Source: Macrostomum lignano (Eukaryota). Taken from it: DNA of 56,658 bases. A program made the position numbers and the translations under genes. Under the pieces are notes generated by a model. The model saw only the letters and a list, made by a program, of their open reading frames with translations. It was not told where the DNA came from and made no database searches. Shown piece after piece: positions 34,848 to 47,439 of the stretch; position 1 is the stretch's first letter, and each line of letters opens with the position of its first letter. The stretch is taken from the NCBI GenBank assembly GCA_002269645.1, contig NIVC01003289.1, positions 1-56,658 on the forward strand, read 5' to 3'.

Positions 34848-37800
34848 GTGCAGCGAGGAGCACCCGTCATTAGTGCAGCGAGGAGCACCCGTCATTAGTG
34901 CAGCGAGGAGCACCCGTCATTAGTGCAGCGAGGAGCACCCGTCATAATTAGTGCAGCGAGGAGCACCCGTCATTAGTGCAGCGAGGATCACCCGTCATAA
35001 TTAGTGCAGCGAGGAGCACCCGTCATAATTAGTGCAGCGAGGAGCACCCGTCATAATTAGTGCAGCGAGGAGCACCCGTCATTAGTGCAGCGAGGAGCAC
35101 CCGTCATAATTAGTGCAGCGAGGAGCACCCGTCATAATTAGTGCAGCGAGGAGCACCCGTCATTAGTGCAGCGAGGAGCACCCGTCATAATTAGTGCAGC
35201 GAGGAGCACCCGTCATAATTAGTGCAGCGAGGAGCACCCGTCATTAGTGCAGCGAGGAGCACCCGTCATAATTAGTGCAGCGAGGAGCACCCGTCATTAG
35301 TGCAGCGAGGAGCACCCGTCATTAGTGCAGCGAGGAGCACCCGTCATAATTAGTGCAGCGAGGAGCACCCGTCATTAGTGCAGCGAGGAGCACCCGTCAT
35401 TAGTGCAGCGAGGAGCACCCGTCATAATTAGTGCAGCGAGGAGCACCCGTCATTAGTGCAGCGAGGAGCACCCGTCATAATTAGTGCAGCGAGGAGCACC
35501 CGTCATAATTAGTGCAGCGAGGAGCACCCGTCATTAGTGCAGCGAGGAGCACCCGTCATAATTAGTGCAGCGAGGAGCACCCGTCATAATTAGTGCAGCG
35601 AGGAGCACCCGTCATAATTAGTGCAGCGAGGAGCACCCGTCATAATTAGTGCAGCGAGGAGCACCCGTCATAATTAGTGCAGCGAGGAGCACCCGTCATA
35701 ATTAGTGCAGCGAGGAGCACCCGTCATAATTAGTGCAGCGAGGAGCACCCGTCATAATTAGTGCAGCGAGGAGCACCCGTCATAATTAGTGCAGCGAGGA
35801 GCACCCGTCATTAGTGCAGCGAGGAGCACCCGTCATAATTAGTGCAGCGAGGAGCACCCGTCATAATTAGTGCAGCGAGGAGCACCCGTCATAATTAGTG
35901 CAGCGAGGAGCACCCGTCATAATTAGTGCAGCGAGGAGCACCCGTCATAATTAGTGCAGCGAGGAGCACCCGTCATAATTAGTGCAGCGAGGAGCACCCG
36001 TCATAATTAGTGCAGCGAGGAGCACCCGTCATAATTAGTGCAGCGAGGAGCACCCGTCATAATTAGTGCAGCGAGGAGCACCCGTCATAATTAGTGCAGC
36101 GAGGAGCACCCGTCATAATTAGTGCAGCGAGGAGCACCCGTCATAATTAGTGCAGCGAGGAGCACCCGTCATAATTAGTGCAGCGAGGAGCACCCGTCAT
36201 TAGTGCAGCGAGGAGCACCCGTCATAATTAGTGCAGCGAGGAGCACCCGTCATAATTAGTGCAGCGAGGAGCACCCGTCATAATTAGTGCAGCGAGGAGC
36301 ACCCGTCATAATTAGTGCAGCGAGGAGCACCCGTCATAATTAGTGCAGCGAGGAGCACCCGTCATAATTAGTGCAGCGAGGAGCACCCGTCATAATTAGT
36401 GCAGCGAGGAGCACCCGTCATAATTAGTGCAGCGAGGAGCACCCGTCATAATTAGTGCAGCGAGGAGCACCCGTCATAATTAGTGCAGCGAGGAGCACCC
36501 GTCATTAGTGCAGCGAGGAGCACCCGTCATTAGTGCAGCGAGGAGCACCCGTCATTAGTGCAGCGAGGAGCACCCGTCATAATTAGTGCAGCGAGGAGCA
36601 CCCGTCATAATTAGTGCAGCGAGGAGCACCCGTCATTAGTGCAGCGAGGAGCACCCGTCATTAGTGCAGCGAGGAGCACCCGTCATAATTAGTGCAGCGA
36701 GGAGCACCCGTCATTAGTGCAGCGAGGAGCACCCGTCATTAGTGCAGCGAGGAGCACCCGTCATTAGTGCAGCGAGGAGCACCCGTCATTAGTGCAGCGA
36801 GGAGCACCCGTCATTAGTGCAGCGAGGAGCACCCGTCATTAGTGCAGCGAGGAGCACCCGTCATAATTAGTGCAGCGAGGAGCACCCGTCATTAGTGCAG
36901 CGAGGAGCACCCGTCATTAGTGCAGCGAGGAGCACCCGTCATTAGTGCAGCGAGGAGCACCCGTCATTAGTGCAGCGAGGAGCACCCGTCATTAGTGCAG
37001 CGAGGAGCACCCGTCATAATTAGTGCAGCGAGGAGCACCCGTCATTAGTGCAGCGAGGAGCACCCGTCATTAGTGCAGCGAGGAGCACCCGTCATTAGTG
37101 CAGCGAGGAGCACCCGTCATTAGTGCAGCGAGGAGCACCCGTCATTAGTGCAGCGAGGAGCACCCGTCATAATTAGTGCAGCGAGGAGCACCCGTCATTA
37201 GTGCAGTGAGGAGCACCCGTCATAATTAGTGCAGCGAGGAGCACCCGTCGTTAGTGCAGCGAGGAGCACCCGTCATAATTAGTGCAGCGAGGAGCACCCG
37301 TCATTAGTGCAGCGAGGAGCACCCGTCATAATTAGTGCAGCGAGGAGCACCCGTCATTAGTGCAGTGAGGAGCACCCGTCATAATTAGTGCAGCGAGGAG
37401 CACCCGTCATTAGTGCAGCGAGGAGCACCCGTCATAATTAGTGCAGCGAGGAGCACCCGTCATTAGTGCAGTGAGGAGCACCCGTCATAATTAGTGCAGC
37501 GAGGAGCACCCGTCATTAGTGCAGCGAGGAGCACCCGTCATTAGTGCAGCGAGGAGCACCCGTCATTAGTGCAGCGAGGAGCACCCGTCATTAGTGCAGT
37601 GAGGAGCACCCGTCATTAGTGCAGCGAGGAGCACCCGTCATTAGTGCAGCGAGGAGCACCCGTCATTAGTGCAGCGAGGAGCAGCCGTCATTAGTGCAGC
37701 GAGGAGCAGCCGTCATTAGTGCAGCGAGGAGCACCCGTCATTAGTGCAGCGAGGAGCACCCGTCATTAGTGCAGCGAGGAGCACCCGTCATAATTAGTGC

Positions 37801-38668
37801 AGCGAGGAGCACCCGTCATTAGTGCAGCGAGGAGCAGCCGTCATTAGTGCAGCGAGGAGCACCCGTCATTAGTGCAGCGAGGAGCACCCGTCATTAGTGC
37901 AGTGAGGAGCACCCGTCATTAGTGCAGCGAGGAGCACCCGTCATTAGTGCAGCGAGGAGCAGCCGTCATTAGTGCAGCGAGGAGCAGCCGTCATAATTAG
38001 TGCAGCGAGGAGCACCCGTCATTAGTGCAGCGAGGAGCACCCGTCATTAGTGCAGCGAGGAGCACCCGTCATTAGTGCAGCGAGGAGCAGCCGTCATTAG
38101 TGCAGCGAGGAGCAGCCGTCATTAGTGCAGCGAGGAGCAGCCGTCATTAGTGCAGCGAGGAGCACCCGTCATTAGTGCAGCGAGGAGCACCCGTCATTAG
38201 TGCAGCGAGGAGCACCCGTCATTAGTGCAGTGAGGAGCAGCCGTCATTAGTGCAGCGAGGAGCAGCCGTCATAATTAGTGCAGCGAGGAGCACCCGTCAT
38301 TAGTGCAGCGAGGAGCACCCGTCATTAGTGCAGCGAGGAGCACCCGTCATTAGTGCAGCGAGGAGCAGCCGTCATTAGTGCAGCGAGGAGCAGCCGTCAT
38401 TAGTGCAGCGAGGAGCAGCCGTCATTAGTGCAGCGAGGAGCACCCGTCATTAGTGCTGTGAGGAGCACCCGTCATTAGTGCTGTGAGGAGCAACCGTCAT
38501 TAGTGCAGCGAGGAGCACCCGTCATTAGTGCAGCGAGGAGCACCCGTCATTAGTGCAGCGAGGAGCACCCGTCATTAGTGCAGCGAGGAGCACCCGTCAT
38601 TAGTGCAGCGAGGAGCACCCGTCATTAGTGCAGCGAGGAGCACCCGTCATTAGTGCAGCGAGGAGCAA
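34848..38668. repeat. 3.8-kb satellite-like array of 25/28-bp units (tagtgcagcgaggagcacccgtcat +/- aat)
   Basis: About 140 consecutive units with two length variants and position-dependent point variants. Confidence 0.98.
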
Positions 38669-38917
38669 CCAATAAGTTTTGCTTGTCCCACTAGAATCAA
38701 TCCAGGAAAACAGGTAATGTTGACAACTATGGCAGATGGTAGTTTAATAATTGATAAGACCTAGATTTAATCGTATATATACTTTGTTATGTAGACCAAT
38801 GCCTTGTGATTAAAACTGCTACAATAAACAGTGAAAAAACTTGGAGTCATGATAAATTCTATTTGATTACTAGTCGCAACACATGCTCATAAGAAGTCTG
38901 TGCGGGTCTGGCGCCCC

Positions 38918-41900
38918 TTAGTAAAAGCAGGCGTCGCCCAGCTCGATGCCGAATTCGGAGGCGCTGACAAGGCCGAGGTCGCGGATGGGCAGTCGCGCCG
39001 GTCGCGTGTTGAAGGCCACGGTGGTCTCCGCCCAGCTGCTCTTGCCGTAGCGGCAGTCATCCTGCACCACCGAGTAGCCCAGCTTTCTGTTAAAGCGGCT
39101 CAGCACCCGCCCCGAGTCCGTGAAGAAGCGGACGGGGTTGGCCACGCCTGAAACCACCGGCATTCCGCTGCAGGTGATCGTCAGCTGCTGACTGGCGCGC
39201 ACCGACCACAGCTGCAGCGCCTGCAACTGGCTGCCCTCCACCGAGTAGCCGAACTGCGGAGCGGCGGGGCCGGGAGCTCTCGATTGTGAGCAGTGTGGGG
39301 CCCGAGCTCTCGATTGTGATCAGTGTGGGGCCCGAGCTCTCGATTGTGATCAGTGTGGGGCAGAGGCTCTCGATTGTGAGCAGTGTGGTGCAGAGGCTCT
39401 CGATTGTTAGCAGTGTGGGGCCCGAGCTCTCGATTGTGATCAGTGTGGGGCCCGAGTTCTCGATTGTGATCAGTGTGGGGCAGAGGCTCTCGATTGTGAG
39501 CAGTGTGGTGCAGAGGCTCTCGATTGTGAGCAGTGTGGGGCCGGGGCTCTCGATTGTGAGCAGTGTGGGGCCCGAGCTCTCGATTGTGATCAGTGTGGGG
39601 CCCGAGCTCTCGATTGTGATCAGTGTGGGGCAGAGGCTCTCGATTGTGAGCAGTGTGGGGCAGAGGCTCTCGATTGTGATCAGTGTGGGGCAGAGGCTCT
39701 CGGTTGTGAGCAGTGTGGGGCAGAGGCTCTCGATTGTGAGCAGTGTGGGGCCGGGGCTCTTAGCGTGGGGGTATCCGGTATATGCTTAGCCAACTCGACT
39801 TATAGCCCAACTAAAAACGTTAGTTATATACGAGTAATTATATATTTGGGCTTAAATGTTGGATAGAAATAGGTATGCAAAAATAAGGATTTTTAGACAA
39901 TAAATAACTCATTGCTCATTCTACAAATCTCATAATCTCGAAAGCACAGTTTAAAATAAAAGTCGAGCCCGACACCCACCTCTTTGTTGGTATCGGAGAA
40001 CCAGCTGTGCCGATCGGTGCGCCTGGCCAGCCACTGCCGCCGCCCGGACACCGGCCTGGCCGAAACGCAAGTCTGCTTGCGAGAGCGCACGCAGCGCGCC
40101 CGGACAGCATCCGATACTCGACCTCCGTTAGGGTCGATCCAGTAGGTGCCTGCGGAGCGTTTGGAGGCCTGACCTGACTATCTAGCTGGTCTGACCTGAC
40201 TATCTAGCTGGTCTGACCTGACTATCTAGCTGGTCTGACCTGAATATCTAGCTGGTCTGACCTGACTATCTAGCTGGTCTGACCTGACTATCTAGCTGGT
40301 CTGACCTTGTAGAGAGTTATTAAACCATACCGTAATGCTCTACTTAAAGTAATATTCTAGCAAAGTCAATTTATTCTAGAATGAGTCATATCTATTTTTA
40401 GGAATCACGCGCAAACAGAATGATTTAGAACCCTACATTGTTTGATCAAGGAACCGGGTTCCAACAGCTGTATTTGCTTAACCCCATATATGGTAATGCT
40501 CAAACATGCATGACAGCTTAATCAAACATTTTTGACCTAAGTAAATACCCAATCCCAAACCGGTTTTTCTCCAAAATTTTGCTATAAATATAAGTGAAAA
40601 TTTGAGTCAAAAATTCAGACTCAGAGCGGTCTCTAAGAAGACTCTGAAGAAACAAGAAGACCAATCTCTGAGGGACCACACCTGTCCAATTGGTAAGCGT
40701 TTACCCGATTTAGTTATTTGTTACTAGCGCTAATAAGTTGGATAATTGAGTTATACGAGAGCAGTTCATTGTCGATACATTTGAGAAAGGCCTCCTTGTT
40801 TCCTAGGATATTCCTAGAAGATTTATTTATTGAGTTAATTGAGTTATCCGTTACGTTTCGGACGTAACGAAGAAGACGCCCTTCAGGAGGACCTATCACA
40901 GACAGTTAGAGAATTAAATTGTTCATAAGGGCGCACGTGCACGTTCTACTGTGAATTCCGAGCTCGAGGACCGTTAAGAAGTTCTGATTCGCTCTCGTTT
41001 GGTCGACCCACAGATAAAAGTCAAGGACTCAAGAAGACTACTCCAAATCGGCCGTCACTACTGCTCAGCCAAGTTAGAGTCACACACACCACAAGAACCA
41101 GAAGTCTACCAACCACAAGAGGATCCGCCGCAGTAAGTTATTTGAACTGGTAAATACCTAGGCACTTGTTCCCCAGTGTCTAGAAGTGGGAGTTTTTGAG
41201 TGACTGATCCTCACCACTCTTAAACTCTTCAACCTAACTATCTAGCTGGTCTGACCTGACTATCTAGCTGGTCTGGCCTGAATATCTAGCTGGTCTGACC
41301 TGACTATCTAGCTGGTCTGACCTGAATATCTAGCTGGTCTGACCTGACTATCTAGCTGGTCTGACCTGAATATCTAGCTGGTCTGACCTGACTATCTAGC
41401 TGGTCTGACCTGACTATCTAGCTGGTCTGACCTGACTATCTAGCTGGTCTGACCTGAATATCTAGCTGGTCTGACCTGACTATCTAGCTGGTCTGACCTG
41501 ACTATCTAGCTGGTCTGACTTACTTTCTAGTGGATATTGGATAGTCATCAAATGTTTTTGGCACCGGCTCACCGTCTGGAAGGCTGGGCTGGCTCTCGAA
41601 CAGGTGCCGGCAGGTGAGTGCCGGCTTCTCTCGGCTTCCATCCGGTTCCCCGATTGCCTGCGGGGTTGAACGAGTGGATTGGAGGATGGGTGAGAGGCGG
41701 GAGGATGGGTGGTAGAGATTAAGGGCCAGGCGAGTGGATAGGCCGGATGGATGGACGGATGAGGGCCGAATGCATCTGCTGATCGGCCAAATGCATGGGG
41801 TCAGCGACTGATGGGGTCAGCGGCTGATGGGGTCAGGGGCTGATGATGACAGGGGTGGATGGGGTCAGGGGTGGATGGGGTCAGTGGCTGATGGGTCAGG

Positions 41901-44900
41901 GGTGGATGTGGTCGGAAGCTGGATGGACGCACCGTAAAGCCCGCGTAGAGTGGCATGCCAAACTGGCGACACCTCATCGGGATGGCTTCAGTAACCCGCG
42001 CAGGGCCAAGGCCTCCAAACTCACCTCGCTTCCGAATCGCGCGTCGGGTGCCTGGTCCGCTGCCATCTGGCCTCCACCGCCCACCTGGACCACCCGGATG
42101 GGTCCTGGCGGCCCAGGCGGTCCCACTTCACCAGCCGCGCCCAGAAAGCCAGTCTCGCCACGCTCTCCGGCCGGTCCTGGGCTGCCTGGGTACCCTGGCG
42201 GACCCGGCGGCCCCACAGGACCCGTCGGTCCCGCATTGCCAGCCGGCCCCGTGGCGCCGGGGTCGCCGCGTTTTCCACGAGGTCCCTGCTCTCCCTTGTG
42301 GCCCTTGATGCCGGCCACTCCCGCCGGGCCGGGGAACCCCGTCGCTCCCGGGTCGCCCTTGTCGCCGGCGCTGCCCTTCGGTCCCTGCTGGCCTATGGCA
42401 CCCTGGTCGCCCTTTTCTCCCTTCGGCCCGTCCGGCCCCTTGTCGCCCAGCTGGCCCGGCAGGCCCTCGTGTCCCGCCTGGCCTTTCTCTCCCGCGCGCC
42501 CGCAGGCCCGGGCGATCCCAGCTGTCCTGTCGGACCCTGGCTGCCTGGAGGACCATCAGGACCCTCGGGTCCCTTGTCGCCCTTGTCGCCCGAAACTCCT
42601 TGGAGGCCACGATCGCCGGTCAGGCCCTGGTAGCCCCGCAGTCCAGCTTGGCCTTGTGGACCCTGCAATTGGATTGCAGTTCGGTTTGCTGAGTCTGTCT
42701 GGTGCTGGGAGAGTAAAACGTTTCTATCGCCTCACCGGCTCGCCCTTCTCGCCCTTTGCACCACTGTCGCCGTTTCCACCGGGTTGGCCGCGTTCGCCCA
42801 CGGGACCCGCCTCGCCCTTGGTGCCCTGCGGCCCAGGCTCGCCAGGGCTGCCAGTGGGGCCTCGGCGGCCCATGAGACCGACCGGTCCGGGGGCGCCGGT
42901 GTCGCCCGCCTTGCCCGGATCGCCTTTTGGTCCCGGCGTGCCGCGCTCGCCCTGGTCACCCGCGGCCCCGTGGCTCCATCGCGGCCTTTCGATCCGGGCT
43001 CGCCCACGGCGCCCTGCTTGCCCGGTGGCCCTTGGCGGCCTGGCGAGCCGGGGCTGCCTGCCGCACCGGGAAGCCTCGCTCACCAACTGGGCCGCGTTCA
43101 CCAGCCGCGCCAGCGAGACCGGGGGCGCCGTCTTTGCCGGGCTTTCCCTTGGCGCCTTGCGGTCCACGTTCGCCTTGCGCTCCGGGGCTACCGGGGCTGC
43201 CAGTCGCTCCGTCAGCTCCCGCGTCTCCTCCGGTGCCGGGGTCTCCCGGCTCGCCCTTGAGGCCCATCGGGCCCTGAGAGCCGTCCGGGCCCTGCGGCCC
43301 CGGCTGACCTGGTGGTCCCGGCTCGCCGTCCTTGCCACGGGCTCCATCTTTGCCGTCGCGGCCTGGTGGTCCTCGGGGTCCCGGGTCGCCTGGTGGCCCA
43401 CGAGGTGGAGGCGCCTGCCCTGTGGCCTGACGGCGGAACCGCGTGGTCGAGGGTACCCGGAAGTCCTGGCCTGGAGTGCCGCGATCTCCCTGTTTTGTTG
43501 GTGGTTATTTAGTAGTCTACTAGAGTTGCGGTTATTTGCTCCATTCGTGCGATATTCATTGCGAAAATTTGCACTTTAATGCAAGAAGTTGTTTTAACCA
43601 GATTAACAAAAAATTAGCACTCGCCTTCTCGCCGTCTTCGCCTTGCGCTCCTTTGATGCCCTTGTCGCCTCGTTCACCTGCAGCGCCAGGAGAGCCCTTG
43701 GCTCCGGGAAGTCCGACAGGTCCGGTAGGCCCCTGCAACCGGAATCGGGCCCTGGTCACTTTCTCAGCCCGGCACGTCAGTCGTATCTGTCTTATCTGAC
43801 TCAACAGTCCCTATTTCTATTTTTCCCGGTTTTCCTTGCCACTTTCAAACACATTCTTTAGCAGAGCGCACATCTCCATTTCAAATCAAGAGGCCCACGA
43901 CATGCGACGACGCACCGTTCTGCCAGGCGCTCCCTCCTTGCCCTCAGCCCCGGTGCTTCCGGGCGGTCCTTGGTCTCCCTTGTCGCCCTGCTGTCCGGTC
44001 GCTCCTGCAGGCCCTTTGTCGCCCTGCTCGCCCTTCGGTCCGAGGCCACCTGCGATTCCTTGCTCGCCCTTCGGCCCGGGGTCGCCAGCCAGTCCCTGCG
44101 GCCCCTGCGATCCCGCCGGACCCGCCACTCCGCGGCCGCCCATCGGTCCAGCGGGCCCCGTCAGGCCGGGCCGGCCCTCCGGACCTGGTGGGCCCGGATC
44201 GCCGCGCTTGCCTGCGGGCCCAGGCGGCCCGTTCGGCCCGTGAGGTCCGGGTGGTCCGGACTCGCCGGGGGAGCCCGCAGCTCCCTGCTTTCCCGGCTCG
44301 CCTGGCCTGCCCACAGCTCCGGTCTCGCCCGATACGCCTTCCGGTCCGGTCTGACCTTGCGGACCCTGCGGCCCCTGCAGGCCGGGACTGCCACGCTCGC
44401 CTGGCTTGCCTTCGACGCCCTGCTCGCCGCGCTCGCCCTGTGGCCCGGGAGCGCCGTCCGTCCCCGGCTCACCGGCCAGTCCCGGTGGCCCCATGGAGCC
44501 AGGGAGACCCTCAGAGCCCGGCTTGCCGGAACGGCCCGGGGAGCCACGCTCGCCCTTCGGTCCAGTTGCCCCGGGTGCACCGCGGATGCCGGCGGAGCCG
44601 TCGGGACCTCGAAGGCCGGGCTGGCCGGAAATGCCTGGCGGGCCGTCATCGCCGCGGGACCCACGCGCGCCCGACGAACCGTCCCGACCCTGGGCGGAAT
44701 AATGCGGTCGGAGATGCTGGATAGCCATGTTTTACCAGTAAGTTCTGTGACTGTGGATGGTCTGAGAATGCTGTGACGTAGGTTGTCTGCAAAGTTGAAT
44801 TTCAGGAACCCCCGGGGCTATTGTAAATCATCGACACTGAAAAGCATTTTCGAACCTTAGAGCCCTTGTCGCCTTTGTCTCCTCGCTCGCCTTTAGCGCC

Positions 44901-46374
44901 GGCGGCTCCGGGAGTTCCCGGCTGGCCTGGCGCCCCGCGCCTCCGGTTGGACCCGGCACGCCCGGGTAGCCGCGCGGTCCGGGGCCGCCCGGGCCGCCCG
45001 GGCTGCCCACCGGGCCGACAAGTCCGGTCGGCCCCGCGGGCCCCACCTTGCCTTTGGTGCCTTTGTCACCCCTTTGACCAGCCGCGCCCGCGGCACCGGC
45101 CTGTCCCGCTACGCCGCGCTCGCCGGGCTGTCCGGGCAGTCCGGGTGCACCGGCTGGTCCATCTCGTCCGGGAAAGCCGGTCTCACCCGGTTCGCCTTTG
45201 TGTCCGTGCAGGCCCGGGAATCCGGGTGAGCCGTCAAATCCACGCGGGCCCGGCGGGCCTGTTGGGCCCTCGGCGCCGCGGTCGCCCGACCGGCCTGCGT
45301 CTCCCGGCTCGCCCAACTGACCCTTGGCGCCAGGATCACCCGGGGCGCCGCGCAAGCCGCGCTCGCCCGGAGCGCCGTCGGGGCCGCCTGAACCCGGATT
45401 TCCGATTTCACCTCTGGGGGTAAAGGGAAGTTTTAGGGTTATATAGCTATTAGTGAAGTAATAGTGTAGAGTAGTGGAATACATCGGAATTAGCGCCGAA
45501 AAGACCGATCGAACGAGAGATTCAATTGAGCCCATGCAGGCAAAACTGCTTGACACTTTTGTGTCACCCAAGGCTCAGCATAGGATTAAGAATTCGCATC
45601 AGCATGTGTTTTAATTGGAACCATCGAAGTTTCGCTACTGACTCATAAATGGAAGTAGAGACTTCTGGCCCCGATTATCTCGCCAAAACCCTTTCAAGAA
45701 AGTAGAAGTATTGGGCGACTTACTTGAATCCCTTCTCGCCCTTCTCTCCCGCTGGCCCTCTGGACCCCGCGATCCCGGCGAGCCGCTGAATCCTTTGTCG
45801 CCGTCGCGGCCCCTGTCGCCTTTTGGACCGCGCGGCCCGGCGTCGCCCTGAGGCCCCACGTCGCCCTTCTCCCCCGGAGGTCCGGTGTCGCCCTTGTCGC
45901 CCGGTAGCCCGTGCGGCCCGGGGCTGCCCGGCTGACCAGGCCGTCCGGCAGGTCCTGGCTGGCCTGGCGGCCCGGGGTCACCTCGAGGTCCTGGCGGGCC
46001 GGCTGGACCGGCCACTACGGAACCGGCCTGGCGGCGGACGCGGGTTTGGGTCGGCGGCTCCACGGCTGCGATGAGATGGAGGTGGCTGCATTTAAACGGT
46101 GCTTGATGCTGCTATCGATTATCTTCGAGCTACATGCGGCAAATCTCAGGAATTAGATTTGGCTTTAATGACAAGATCAAATGGTGGAACTCGGAGATCA
46201 GCAGAGGGAACAGGGGCGGAGAGCTGGCGGGTAAGAGAGCTGAGAAGCAGTCACAGCAGCAGGAGAGACTTCTAAGGAAGACAATTGGTTTTCAGCGGCC
46301 TCACCAACTGAAAGAACAGCTGTGGGTAGCAGCATCATGAGAATTATCAGGATGCTGCGCAGTTGATGCCTCAT
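38918..46374 (-). CDS. Fibrillar collagen alpha chain (signal peptide, roughly 1000-residue Gly-X-Y helix, COLFI C-propeptide)
   Basis: Signal-like exon 46305-46374 ([23 protein letters not shown]); its junction to the next exon is not resolved. An RVRR furin-type site precedes Gly-X-Y exons at ~45740-46090, 44880-45410, 43915-44715, 43620-43735, 42730-43455 and 41930-42660. COLFI exons are 41573-41657 ([12 protein letters not shown]), 39980-40149 ([14 protein letters not shown]) and 38918-39253 ([37 protein letters not shown]). Several 1-bp frame breaks, e.g. 42491-42493. Confidence 0.92.
39275..39760. repeat. 30-bp minisatellite (gctctcgattgtgagcagtgtggggcccga) in the last collagen intron
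   Basis: About 16 copies, abutting the polypyrimidine tract of the last exon. Confidence 0.95.
40170..41520. repeat. 22-bp minisatellite (ctgacctgactatctagctggt) split by a solo LTR
   Basis: Copies at 40170-40307 and 41232-41520 in collagen intron 40150-41572. Confidence 0.93.
40308..41231 (+). mobile_element. Solo LTR, 924 bp, 4-bp TSD
   Basis: TG..CA termini with imperfect terminal inverted repeat (tgtagagagtt / aaactcttca). TSD acct at 40304-40307 and 41232-41235. Confidence 0.88.
41800..41915. repeat. Short degenerate G-rich repeat (ggggtcagcggctgatg-like) in a collagen intron
   Basis: About 6 degenerate copies. Confidence 0.7.
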
Positions 46375-47439
46375 TGTTGCAGATTCTGCAGCTGCCCGAG
46401 GCTCGCTGACAAAGCAAGCTGAGTCACCGCTGATCAAGCGTCTTGTACGAAACGCTGAACCCTGCGTTCAACAGGTAAAGGAGAGAACTCCGCAGAAGCT
46501 TGCCGATTCTGGTTGGGACTCGAGCCCTGGCTGGGTTCAGCCGCTTTGAGGGTGCGGGACCGGAAGGCAACGGAAATTTGGAAAGCGGATCGATGATGTA
46601 GGAAGGGGAGGCTGGGGATGGACCGCGAAGAACTTTGCATCACGTCGCCCAGCTGATGTTCCCCCAGCCCTAGGTCGAAAATCTCTGCATTGACTGGCAG
46701 AAAGGGCAGCTGGAAGCTCCATCCTTCCACCTTATTTCACCCTGCGTTCCCCACTTTTAGCGGAGGGTGTTCGGGTTCTTTTTCCAGAAATTCCCGGCTA
46801 CAAAGGGATAGGCAGCGCTTTGGACGACAGCTGGGGGGGGGGGGGGTGGGGTGAGGCGCACACCCAGGGACGGAACGCAGGCCCACACCCAGTTCCTCAG
46901 CCATCACCCAATAACTATATAGAACGCTGGCCTCTGGCTTGCGGAACGACAGTCGTGCAGTACTTTGCTAGTCAGTTCGCTGCGCATACTGGCAAGCAAG
47001 TTCTATGCGATTGCTGTTCGAAAGAGCAGGATGCACTGCGGGCCACTGAACGCACTGACTGTTGAAGGTTAAATACAAGCTGCAATAAGCCACATAGGCT
47101 CCAGCTCCAGCTCCGGCTCCGAGCCATGGAGGAAGGAATGACACAAATGATGAAAGAATACTGAAATGAGTGTAGCACTGGGGAAGCATGGAAGTGAGTT
47201 TTACTGCTGTCTATGGCCAAGCTGCAACCCTTATTGAATCTGAGCCAGTTGGGCCATAGACTAAAGTTACCGAATACTCGTACGCTCAGGGAATGCAAAG
47301 CGGGAAGAAGGCGGGAAAAGTTGCGTGTAACTTACGCTTGTGACCTGGAGTTCCCTTCATGGAATTTAATAAAGTAGGCTATATTTGAACTCCACGTCCA
47401 CAAAACCGGCTAGATTCTAGAATTCTGCTTCATAAGAGA

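Noticed and set aside
30573-41231. The two related LTRs as the ends of one 10.6-kb retrotransposon
   Set aside because: The right copy has its own TSD on both sides (solo LTR), the left copy is truncated and diverged, and the interval holds collagen exons and unrelated elements.
41843-44776. 578-aa and other plus-strand Pro/Gly-rich ORFs
   Set aside because: These are antisense shadows of the GC-rich Gly-X-Y collagen exons on the minus strand.
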